From: Candidatus Methylomirabilis limnetica
GTDB taxonomy: Bacteria; Methylomirabilota; Methylomirabilia; Methylomirabilales; Methylomirabilaceae
Length of the DNA stretch: 18,392 nt
Assembly: GCF_003044035.1 (NCBI RefSeq)
Contig: NZ_NVQC01000029.1
Span: 1-18,392 of the forward strand
Direction: 5' to 3'
The notes beneath the pieces are model-generated. The model was not told the origin of the DNA, did not search any database, and saw nothing but the letters and a program-made list of their open reading frames with translations. This document shows positions 6,831 to 13,912 of this stretch, piece after piece. The position numbers and the translations under genes were made by a program. How positions within the stretch are numbered: position 1 is the first letter of the stretch; every line of letters starts with the position of its first letter.

Positions 6831-7894
6831 AATTTCATCTCGACGTTAGCCTTGGTCTTGAGACCCTCGATCCACTCCTTGAATGTGGCCTCAGTCTTCT
6901 GATTAAACAGGGTGGCGCGAATCTGCTCCTTAACCTGGTCGAATGGAAGGGCCAGTCCAGGAACCCGCTCCTCGACGACAATGAGGTGAAAGCCGGCCGG
7001 AGTCGTGATGATGTCGCTGGCCTGCCCGATCGGCAGGGCAAGCGCGACCTGCTCCAACTCCGGCGAGAGATCTCCGCGCTTCATCGTCCAGACCTCACCG
7101 CCGGATACCGCGAGCGGCCCTTCAGAGTACTGCTGAGCGACCGCAGGGAAGTTGGTCCCCGACTTGACAAGCCTCTGCGCCTCCTCAATCCGCTTCTTGG
7201 CACGCGATACCTCACTGGGCGTCGCCTGCGACGGTACAGCCACGAGGAGATGGCGCATCTTGAATTGGGACATGTCCTTGAATTGCCCTTGCTGTTGCTC
7301 GTAATATTGCTGGACCTCGTCGTCAAGAACGACGACCTTGGCTCGCACTCGCCTCGCTACCAGCTTCGTCATGATGACCTGCTCGGCGATCCCCCTCCGA
7401 AACTGCTCCTCGCTGAGCAGTTCTCTGGACAGAGCAGCTCTCAGATCCTCGTCGCTGGCCAACCCGTTGCGCTTCTTTAATTCCTCAATGGCGGACTGAA
7501 CCTCCGCAGGGATCGCCTCGATCTTCTCCTTCTTTGCCTCCTGGAGTTGCAACCTCCTGAGAATCAGCTCGTCCAGGATCTGGCGTTCCGTACCACGAAG
7601 CTGTCGCTCTCGCTCCGCCCCCATCGTTTCCTGTACGATCCTTCGGATGACCTGAAGCCCTTCCTCTTGCACCTCGGTCAGGGTGATCACATCATCATTG
7701 ACAACGGCGACTACGCGATCGAGGATGACAGCGTGAGCTACGGAAGCCGTTAGAATTGCGCACAGCAGGACGAGACCCAGTACGAAAGCAGGGTATAGGG
7801 TATAGGGTATATGTGCAGGGGCGCTGCTTGCTGCGCCCGCCTTGGGCAGGGCAAGCCCTGCCCCTACAGTCCCCCGCCACCCCTCCTTATTCAT
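6827..7894 (-). CDS. SurA-like periplasmic chaperone / parvulin-type peptidyl-prolyl isomerase
   Basis: N-terminal signal anchor, SurA_N-like helical region and one PpiC rotamase domain (HLLVAV...GGEVWTMKRGDLSPELE...AGFHLIVVEE). ATG 7894 overlaps the mfd TGA stop (ATGA). GTG 7900 is an alternative start. Confidence 0.75.
   Translation of the reverse strand: MNKEGWRGTVGAGLALPKAGAASSAPAHIPYTLYPAFVLGLVLLCAILTASVAHAVILDRVVAVVNDDVITLTEVQEEGLQVIRRIVQETMGAERERQLRGTERQILDELILRRLQLQEAKKEKIEAIPAEVQSAIEELKKRNGLASDEDLRAALSRELLSEEQFRRGIAEQVIMTKLVARRVRAKVVVLDDEVQQYYEQQQGQFKDMSQFKMRHLLVAVPSQATPSEVSRAKKRIEEAQRLVKSGTNFPAVAQQYSEGPLAVSGGEVWTMKRGDLSPELEQVALALPIGQASDIITTPAGFHLIVVEERVPGLALPFDQVKEQIRATLFNQKTEATFKEWIEGLKTKANVEMKL
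7790..7810. repeat. AGGGTAT x3 perfect tandem heptamer inside the 5' coding region of the SurA-like gene
   Basis: AGGGTAT at 7790, 7797 and 7804. The 21 nt are read on the - strand as IPYTLYP. Confidence 0.85.
7815..7867. repeat. 53-nt structured repeat, copy 2 (inside the N-terminal codons of the SurA-like gene)
   Basis: 51 of 53 positions identical to 6778-6830 and in the same orientation. Translated on the - strand as GTVGAGLALPKAGAASSAPA, ahead of the signal anchor. Confidence 0.85.
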
Positions 7895-10800
7895 CGACAC
7901 TCCTGAAGTCGCGACAGCAGAACCTGAACGGTAGCGATGTTGTCGCCCCCATCCACCGCATATTCCAGGGCATCGCCCCCCGCACCGTCAACCCCTCCGT
8001 GCCCCCCTTTTGTTAAGGGGGGGTGGGGGGATTTCGGGATGTAGCGTAACCGGCCGCCCTCTTCACGAAGCAGGGCTGCCACCTTGGCTGGGGCAAGGGG
8101 TGGCGACTCACTGAAGACGATACGGATCGTCTTACCTGTAGCATCGACCTCACGAATGTGGAGCGCCCTGGCCAGGATCTTGAGGGCCATTGCGGTCAGC
8201 AGCCGCTCTGCCTCATGGGGAGGCTCACCGAAACGATCGATCAGTTCCTCTCGAAGAGCAGAGACCTCCTGTGTAGATGTGAGCGCAGCCAACCGTTTGT
8301 AGAGCTGGAGCCGGACGTTGGGATCCTCCACGTAGGCCTCCGGCACATACCCTGCCGCCTCCAGCCTGATGGAAGGCTCGACGGGCTCCGCAGCTACTTC
8401 ACCCTTCAGCTCCCTGACCGTTGACTCGATCAGTCTACAGTACAGATCAAATCCCACGGCGGCGATCTGACCGTGCTGTTCTGGTCCAAGGAGGTTACCT
8501 GCTCCTCTGATCTCCAGGTCCCTCGCCGCCACCTTGAATCCAGAACCGAGCTCGGTCAGCTCCGCGATGGCCTGGAGCCTCTTCTTTGCCACCTCTGAGA
8601 GCATAGCATCCTCCGGTACCAAGAGATAGGCGTACGCTCGATGCTTGTCTCGACCGACCCGTCCGCGAAGCTGGTAGAGCTGCGCGAGGCCCAAGGCATC
8701 GGCTCGATCAATGATGATGGTGTTGGCGGCGCCGACATCCAGACCGGATTCGATGATGGTGGTACACAGCAGGACATCAAACGTGCCGTTGTAGAAGTCG
8801 CACATAATCCGTTCCAGGCGCTCTTCCGGCAGCTTGCCGTGAGCCACCGTCAGCCTCGCCCGGGGGACCAACTGCTTGATCAGGCGTGCTACGCTCTGGA
8901 TGCTTTCCACGCGATTATGCACGAAGAAGACCTGTCCCCCTCTGTCCAGCTCCTGCTCTATCGCCTCCTTGATGATGGCCTGATCGAACCTGGCTACGGT
9001 CGTCCTGATCGAGAGGCGATCCTCCGGAGGGGTCTCGATTGTGCTGATATCTCTGACCCCCAGCATCGACATGTACATCGTCCTCGGAATCGGCGTTGCG
9101 GTGAGCGTCAGGACATTGACCTGTCGCCGGATCTGCTTCATGCGCTCCTTGGCCGCTACGCCGAAACGATGTTCCTCATCCACCACAAGCAGCCCCAGAT
9201 CCCGGAAATGGACATCCTTCTGAAGCAGGCGGTGGGTACCGATGACGATATCTACGATGCCGTCACGGACGCCACGCAGTACATCGCCCTGCTCCGTACG
9301 ACTGCGGAAACGCGAGAGCATCTCCACCTTGATCGGGAAGTTGCCGAATCGCTCGGAAAAGGTCCGGAAATGCTGCAGGGCGAGGACAGTGGTCGGGACC
9401 AGGACCGCCACCTGCTTTCCCCCCATAACCGCCTTGAAGGCGGCCCGCATCGCCACCTCGGTCTTACCATACCCGACATCACCGCAGATCAGGCGGTCCA
9501 TCGGCCGGTCCCGCTCCATATCGGCCTTGGCATCGGCGATCGCCCGGAGCTGGCCCGAGGTTTCCTCGTACGGGAATCCCGCCTCGAATTCCCGCTGCCA
9601 CGGCGTATCGGGAGAGAAGGCATGCCCCTTGACAACATGCCTGGCCGCATACAGCGTGAGCAACTCCTGGGCCATCTCGCGGATGGAAGCCCTGACCCGC
9701 TCCTTGGCCTTGGTCCAGGAGGCGCTCCCCAACCGATCAAGGGCGGGTGAATTGCCATCAGCGCCCGCATACCGATAGACCAGGTGGAGTTTACTGGTTG
9801 GTACGTAGAGCTTGGCGTGATCGGCATAGACGATGAGCAGGTAGTCACCCTCTGTCTCGCCGGCAGCGAGCTGCCGCAGCCCTTTGTATAGGCCGATCCC
9901 ATGGTCCTCGTGGACAACGAAATCGCCATAGGCCAGGTCCTGATACGAGGCGAGGGGGGAGACCTCCTTCGGTCGTAAGCGGCGGGGCGGAATGTGTCGA
10001 ATCCCAAAGATCTCGGACTCGGTGATATAGGTCAGTGACGCCTCATCCAGGTGGAAGCCGCCGCTGAGTTCGCCGGCGAGGATCGTGATCCCGCCTGGCA
10101 ACGCCATCCCTGGATCGAGAGAGGCTGCGACGTCATGTTCCTTGAGCACCTCCGCCAGGCGCCGACCCTGGGCCTCGCTCCTGCAGACCAGGTGGATTCT
10201 TCGGCTTTGCCGACGCCACTCTTCGAGGTCGCGTATGAGCTCCATCATTCGTCCACGGTAGGCCGTGATGGTGCGCACCTGGAAACCGATAGCCGCCCCT
10301 CCCGTAAGGCTGTGAGCTGGGAAGAATTCTTCCAGGAGGATCCGCGGCCTCAGGGAGAGTCTCTGCTCAAAGTCACTCCAGTCGAGGTGCGAAAAACCCC
10401 CCGCACCCCCCTTTACCAAAGGGGGGACTGTGGGGATGTGGTGCGATGCGCGAAGGCCGTGTTCAGCGAAATCGCGCGCAGCGGCCTGGAGGCCTGCCTG
10501 GTCTACCAGGACCCACACGGCATCGGGCGCGACGTACTGCAGCAGATCGGCTGGTTCCTCCAGGGCCTGCTGACACCCTTCACCCGTCAATGGCACTTCT
10601 ATAACAGGCAATATAGAGACCTGTTCGACTGGGCGGACGGACCGCTGGGTGGTCGGATCGAATGCGCGGAGCTCAAGCACCTCGTCGCCAAAGAACTCAG
10701 CACGAACGGGAAGATCGGACTCTTCGACACGGCTCAGGACGGATTTGGGGGGGAAGAGGTCGAGAAGATGCCCGCGCAGGCTGTATTCGCCGCGGTCTGT

Positions 10801-11286
10801 CACCTGATTCACTCGACGGTAGCCACCTACCTCCAGAACGCCTAGAAGCTCATCCCGCGCGATCAGTCGTCCAACGTACAGCGTAAAGGCTGCTCCCAGG
10901 AGGGCCGATGGTGGGGAGAGGCGTTCGAGGGCAGCCTGGAGCGAGACAACCGCCAGGGGAAGCTCCTTGGTCGCGAGACCCGCCAGACAGGCAATTCGCT
11001 GATATCCGGTCTCGGGGTCCTCATCACGTTCTGGCAGGAAGCCCACCGGTCCGTGAAAGAAGACTTGCAGATCCTTCGCCAGCAGCTCGGCCTCGGCGGA
11101 CGAGGAGGCCAATACCACGAGGGGACGCCTCGCCAGGAGAGCGATCTGGGAGAGGATCAACGCCTTCGAAGCTCCGAAGAGACCGGTCAGAGACAGCGCG
11201 TCGGCCCCGCTGTCCAGTCGAGCCACGATCTCAACAATCTCAGGGATCAGTAGATCCTCTGACTGCCCCATCGATCGTATTACCAT
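7891..11286 (-). CDS. mfd: Transcription-repair coupling factor Mfd
   Basis: 1131 aa. CarD/RID-like region (YKGLRQL...YVPTSKLHLV), SF2 helicase Walker A GDVGYGKTEVA, DEEH box VVDEEHRFG and a TRG region. Confidence 0.93.
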   Translation of the reverse strand: MVIRSMGQSEDLLIPEIVEIVARLDSGADALSLTGLFGASKALILSQIALLARRPLVVLASSSAEAELLAKDLQVFFHGPVGFLPERDEDPETGYQRIACLAGLATKELPLAVVSLQAALERLSPPSALLGAAFTLYVGRLIARDELLGVLEVGGYRRVNQVTDRGEYSLRGHLLDLFPPKSVLSRVEESDLPVRAEFFGDEVLELRAFDPTTQRSVRPVEQVSILPVIEVPLTGEGCQQALEEPADLLQYVAPDAVWVLVDQAGLQAAARDFAEHGLRASHHIPTVPPLVKGGAGGFSHLDWSDFEQRLSLRPRILLEEFFPAHSLTGGAAIGFQVRTITAYRGRMMELIRDLEEWRRQSRRIHLVCRSEAQGRRLAEVLKEHDVAASLDPGMALPGGITILAGELSGGFHLDEASLTYITESEIFGIRHIPPRRLRPKEVSPLASYQDLAYGDFVVHEDHGIGLYKGLRQLAAGETEGDYLLIVYADHAKLYVPTSKLHLVYRYAGADGNSPALDRLGSASWTKAKERVRASIREMAQELLTLYAARHVVKGHAFSPDTPWQREFEAGFPYEETSGQLRAIADAKADMERDRPMDRLICGDVGYGKTEVAMRAAFKAVMGGKQVAVLVPTTVLALQHFRTFSERFGNFPIKVEMLSRFRSRTEQGDVLRGVRDGIVDIVIGTHRLLQKDVHFRDLGLLVVDEEHRFGVAAKERMKQIRRQVNVLTLTATPIPRTMYMSMLGVRDISTIETPPEDRLSIRTTVARFDQAIIKEAIEQELDRGGQVFFVHNRVESIQSVARLIKQLVPRARLTVAHGKLPEERLERIMCDFYNGTFDVLLCTTIIESGLDVGAANTIIIDRADALGLAQLYQLRGRVGRDKHRAYAYLLVPEDAMLSEVAKKRLQAIAELTELGSGFKVAARDLEIRGAGNLLGPEQHGQIAAVGFDLYCRLIESTVRELKGEVAAEPVEPSIRLEAAGYVPEAYVEDPNVRLQLYKRLAALTSTQEVSALREELIDRFGEPPHEAERLLTAMALKILARALHIREVDATGKTIRIVFSESPPLAPAKVAALLREEGGRLRYIPKSPHPPLTKGGHGGVDGAGGDALEYAVDGGDNIATVQVLLSRLQECR
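7992..8030. repeat. C/G-run palindrome translated in frame near the mfd C-terminus
   Basis: CCCCTCCGTGCCCCCCTTTTGTTAAGGGGGGGTGGGGGG, read on the - strand as SPHPPLTKGGHGG. Confidence 0.8.
10397..10435. repeat. C/G-run palindrome translated in frame in the N-terminal third of mfd
   Basis: CCCCCCGCACCCCCCTTTACCAAAGGGGGGACTGTGGGG, read on the - strand as TVPPLVKGGAGG. Same element type, orientation and reading frame as 7992-8030. Confidence 0.8.
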
Positions 11287-11291
11287 AAGGT

Positions 11292-11319
11292 CAGCTCTCA
11301 GCCCTTAGCTTTCAGCGTG
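11292..11319. repeat. CAGCNNN-type heptamer tract at the hldC-mfd junction
   Basis: CAGCTCT CAGCCCT TAGCTTT CAGCGTG. The tract supplies the last codons (HAES) and the TAA stop of hldC. Confidence 0.75.
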
Positions 11320-11811
11320 TTGCGGAGGCGCCATCTCCATGATACGACGCATGATGCTGCTTGTGGAAGAGCCCTCCACCAACGGGATCGTGACGACCCG
11401 TCCACCACGCCTCTCTACCGTCTCGCGGCCAACGACCTCTTCCTTCGCCCAGTCGGCGCCCTTTACCAATACATCGGGCTCAAGCGCTTCGATGACGCAG
11501 CGCGGGTCCGGCTCCTCGAAGATCACCACGTAGTCAACCGAGGTGAGGGCCGAGAGCAACTCTGCCCGCTCATCCTGCGAGAGTACAGGCCGCAGTGGCC
11601 CCTTGAGAAGCCGAACCGACGCATCACTGTTCAGGCCGACGATCAGCAGGTCACCCAGCGCTCTCGCTTGCTGCAACAAGCGGGTATGTCCCCGGTGGAG
11701 CAGATCGAAACAACCATTGGTAAAGACCACACGCTCTCCCAGCGCTCGGCGCTGCCGGACGATGGCATCCAGTTCGCAGAGCGTCCTGATCTTATCGATG
11801 CCGACCGTCAT
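11305..11811 (-). CDS. hldC: D-glycero-beta-D-manno-heptose 1-phosphate adenylyltransferase (RfaE domain II type cytidylyltransferase)
   Basis: VVFTNGCFDLLHRGH nucleotidyltransferase motif, LIVGLNSD and VLVKGADW. About 168 aa from ATG 11811, which overlaps the upstream TGA (ATGA). The 11985 start is rejected because it overlaps the upstream gene. Confidence 0.82.
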   Translation of the reverse strand: MTVGIDKIRTLCELDAIVRQRRALGERVVFTNGCFDLLHRGHTRLLQQARALGDLLIVGLNSDASVRLLKGPLRPVLSQDERAELLSALTSVDYVVIFEEPDPRCVIEALEPDVLVKGADWAKEEVVGRETVERRGGRVVTIPLVEGSSTSSIMRRIMEMAPPQHAES

Positions 11812-12068
11812 TCCGCTTCCTCGACCTTCCCTGGTACATTCGAGAGCAATCCGTCTAGAGCGGCCTGCTCGATCAGTCGCCTCCCCTTTGCAGCATACGG
11901 AGCGGATGTCATCAGCCGGATCTCCCCAAGCGGCCCAAAGGTAATCCCCTGAAACCCGCCGACTCGCATAGAACGGAGCCGGCACGGGACACCATAGCGT
12001 TGCAGATGCAGGCGGAGGCGTTCCGCCTGCATCTCATCATACGTCGCGTAAATCATCTGTTCAGACAT
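11808..12068 (-). CDS. Small DUF2007-like (putative signal-transducing fold) protein
   Basis: 86 aa. The pattern YDEMQAERLRLHLQRYGVPCRLRS...GEIRLMTSAPYAAKGRRLIEQ resembles DUF2007. Translationally coupled to hldC. Confidence 0.45.
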   Translation of the reverse strand: MSEQMIYATYDEMQAERLRLHLQRYGVPCRLRSMRVGGFQGITFGPLGEIRLMTSAPYAAKGRRLIEQAALDGLLSNVPGKVEEAE

Positions 12069-12103
12069 CCGTGACCTATCTGTAACTACTCAAGGTAGAT
12101 AGA

Positions 12104-12120
12104 CTGAAAGCTGAAGGCTT
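12104..12120. repeat. CTGAANG heptamer tract (inverse orientation of the CCTTCAG tracts)
   Basis: CTGAAAG CTGAAGG CTT. It is the reverse complement of the unit repeated at 12377-12400 and 5912-5942. Confidence 0.7.
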
Positions 12121-12206
12121 TTAGGGGTAAGTCGCGTGATCATACAAAACTCCGAAAAGGTCTTGAATCTACTGGGGGTTCATTCCCCGCGGCTTGCCGC
12201 AAGTTC

Positions 12207-12293
12207 GTCATACCGGCGGAAGCCGGTATCCAGAGGGCCCGACTGGATTCCCCCGTATCAAGTACGGGGCAGGCTCGTCAAGCACGGAATGAC
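12207..12293 (+). repeat. About 87-nt three-hairpin structured repeat, copy R1
   Basis: GTCAT..GGAATGAC ends. Hairpins are ATACCGGC-GGAA-GCCGGTAT (12210-12229), ATCCAG-N9-CTGGAT, and CCCCGTA-TCAAG-TACGGGG (12251-12269). Homologous to 15563-15654. Confidence 0.8.
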
Positions 12294-12376
12294 GGGCCGG
12301 AACAGAAGACGATACCCCACAGCTTGCTGCGGGGTAGTTCATTGGCTCGATTCGTGCCTTGCGAGATAATTTAGAA

Positions 12377-12400
12377 CCTTCAGCCTTCAGCCTTCAGCCT
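12377..12400. repeat. CCTTCAG x3 (plus a partial) heptamer tandem tract, intergenic
   Basis: CCTTCAG at 12377, 12384 and 12391, plus CCT. Identical unit to the tract inside tsaD. Confidence 0.9.
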
Positions 12401-12425
12401 AAACGCCTGATTAGTTACGCCTATC

Positions 12426-12483
12426 TTAGACTGGCGGCCTGCCTGCGCCGAGCGACGCGCGGCAGGCAGGCAGTCCAATCTAA
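12426..12483. repeat. Imperfect palindrome of about 58 nt
   Basis: TTAGACTGG...CCAATCTAA outer arms with inner CTGCCTG/CAGGCAG and GCGC/GCGC pairings. No T-tract on either side. Confidence 0.55.
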
Positions 12484-12654
12484 CGACATCGGGCAGGGCG
12501 GTTTCCCGGAAGAGAGACTGACTCGAGAGGGCGGATCAGCGCAGCAAAGCGGTATTACAACTTCCGGGGGGAACCCCTTGAATGATATCAGCGAGCGGCC
12601 CAACTCTTACCACATCAACCAGTTGCCGGTTCGGAGAGGCAATCGCCCCCTCCC

Positions 12655-13329
12655 CTATTGCAAGACCAAATGGGCCCTCCGGTTCAATTTCCGGGTCGAC
12701 TCGTCGTGGCCTGTGGCGAAGGGCCGCTCCTTCCCATAACTGATCGTCTTGATCCTCTTGGCATCGATCCCGGCGGCTACAAGGTAGTTCGTGACCGACT
12801 TGGCACGCCGCTGGCCGAGGGCGAGGTTGTACTCCCCTGTCCCGCGCTCATCGCAGTGGCCCTCAATGATAATCGAGGCGGTCGGATGTGCCTTCAACCA
12901 TTGCACGTTTTCGATGAGGCTCTTTATTACATCCGCCCGAATCGACGATTTGTCGAAGTCGAAAAAGATGTCCTTCAGGGGTGAGACCTTCTTAGCGGGG
13001 ACCCTTGCCACTGGGGCAGCGGCCATCTTGTCCCTCAGTGCGGCAAAGGCGGCCTGGCATTTACCACGTATGCGGGCGTCAGGATCTGCAAGCGGATTGA
13101 ACTCCGTGGCCTCGTGAGTGAACCAATCCAGGCAGGCTTCCGCGGCAGCAAACTGCTCGGGAGCGAGCGTCTCGGCGCGCGCGCCCTTCGCCTCGGCGAG
13201 GGCAGCCTTCATGCTGTCGCTTTCAGGGCGATACGACGCGGTGGTCGCACACCCTGCGATCATCAGAGCCACCGATGCACAGATAAGCGCGAGCTGGAAT
13301 CTCCGGCCAGTCTTCGAACTCCAGTCCAT
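12655..13329 (-). CDS. pal: Peptidoglycan-associated lipoprotein (OmpA-family C-terminal domain) with a helical N-terminal region
   Basis: Lipobox LMIAGC. OmpA domain FDFDKSSIR...IIIEGHCDERGTGEYNLALGQRRAKSV...ISYGKERP. RBS GGAGGGGG before ATG 13329. Confidence 0.85.
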   Translation of the reverse strand: MDWSSKTGRRFQLALICASVALMIAGCATTASYRPESDSMKAALAEAKGARAETLAPEQFAAAEACLDWFTHEATEFNPLADPDARIRGKCQAAFAALRDKMAAAPVARVPAKKVSPLKDIFFDFDKSSIRADVIKSLIENVQWLKAHPTASIIIEGHCDERGTGEYNLALGQRRAKSVTNYLVAAGIDAKRIKTISYGKERPFATGHDESTRKLNRRAHLVLQ

Positions 13330-13418
13330 CCTAGATCCCCCTCCCGTCGACAGGCTCAGAGCATGGCCTGTGGAGCGTGCGTGCGTGCAGCGTGCAGCGC
13401 CGAACGCAATGAACGCTT

Positions 13419-13775
13419 TTACTTACCGCGCTGCGCAATAGCCTTGGCCTCCTCTGCGGCCTTCCTGGCGATGCCTGCCGTCATCTCCGCCGCCGCCAGA
13501 TCGCGATCCGACAGCTCATCCTCAGCGAGGATAATGTACTCCCTCGCCTTGGCCATCGGGTACCGGGCTGCGCTGAAGTTCGCCGCACCTGCGGCTTGAG
13601 CCTCGGCCAAAGCCGCCTTGGCTGCGCTCACAGCAGCGGGAGCAGTCCGCTCCCCGGTAACCCAATCGTAGGATTCCGGCCTGAGATGCACCCCTGAGCA
13701 GCCCCATAGTAATACCCCCACACTGATCACAGTGGGTGCAAAGGACCGTCGAACAGCCCAGCCGCCGCTTCTCAT
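13419..13775 (-). CDS. Small lipoprotein, DUF4398-like Ala-rich helical domain
   Basis: Lipobox LLWGC, Ala-rich helical repeats, strong RBS GAAGGAGGG before ATG 13775. Confidence 0.6.
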   Translation of the reverse strand: MRSGGWAVRRSFAPTVISVGVLLWGCSGVHLRPESYDWVTGERTAPAAVSAAKAALAEAQAAGAANFSAARYPMAKAREYIILAEDELSDRDLAAAEMTAGIARKAAEEAKAIAQRGK

Positions 13776-13831
13776 CGCGTCCCTCCTTCAAAATCAGATG
13801 ATAGCTAGCAACTGACAGCTATCTCTTAGAG

Positions 13832-13859
13832 GCTATACTCCTGCCCACCGATAGGTCAA
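13832..13859 (-). promoter_or_regulatory. Possible sigma70 promoter for the lipoprotein-pal pair
   Basis: On the - strand: TTGACC (13859-13854), a 16-nt spacer, TATAGC (13837-13832). A GATAGCT/AGCTATC hairpin follows in the leader. Confidence 0.35.
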
Positions 13860-13912
13860 GTACGCGTAATTTATCACAGTCTGTTTTACCAGTCAAAGCC
13901 AATGTCCCTGCC

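Noticed and set aside
6791-7480. 229-aa + strand ORF opposite the SurA-like gene. Similar long antisense ORFs lie at 8641-9750, 9242-9778, 10051-10845, 11317-11952 and 14699-15673.
   Set aside because: All lie antisense to genes with clear family motifs (SurA-like, mfd, hldC, purM). They are Arg/Pro/Leu-rich with no motifs or RBS, as expected for shadow frames in GC-rich DNA.
12136-12369. 77-aa ORF in the large intergenic gap
   Set aside because: Its sequence is the translation of the structured repeat R1 and flanking hairpins (YRRKPVSRGPDWIP...GMTG). The homologous R2 copy is read in a different context, so the signal is nucleotide structure, not coding.
3753-12400. Possibility that the short repeats represent a CRISPR array
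   Set aside because: The units are 7 nt and contiguous or palindromic, with no 25-40 nt repeats separated by unique spacers. No cas genes are present.
12069-12654. tRNA, tmRNA, RNase P, SRP or 6S RNA in the gene-free gap
   Set aside because: I found no T-loop GGTTCGAATCC-type box with an acceptor stem, no tmRNA 5' GGGGCUGA or tag frame, no GAGGAAAGUCC P4 motif and no SRP GGAA/AGCA domain IV motif. 6S cannot be excluded by eye.
13330-13418. GCGTGC / CTGCACG short repeats between the two lipoprotein genes
   Set aside because: There are only two or three short units in a GC-rich spacer, with no palindrome or conservation elsewhere in the window. This is likely compositional.
729-13912. Interpretation of the IS-bracketed 13.2-kb block as a mobile composite transposon
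   Set aside because: The cargo is single-copy-type essential housekeeping genes. The right IS copy lacks a transposase and carries a nonsense mutation, and no flanking target duplications can be identified. An inversion or recombination substrate is the more conservative reading.
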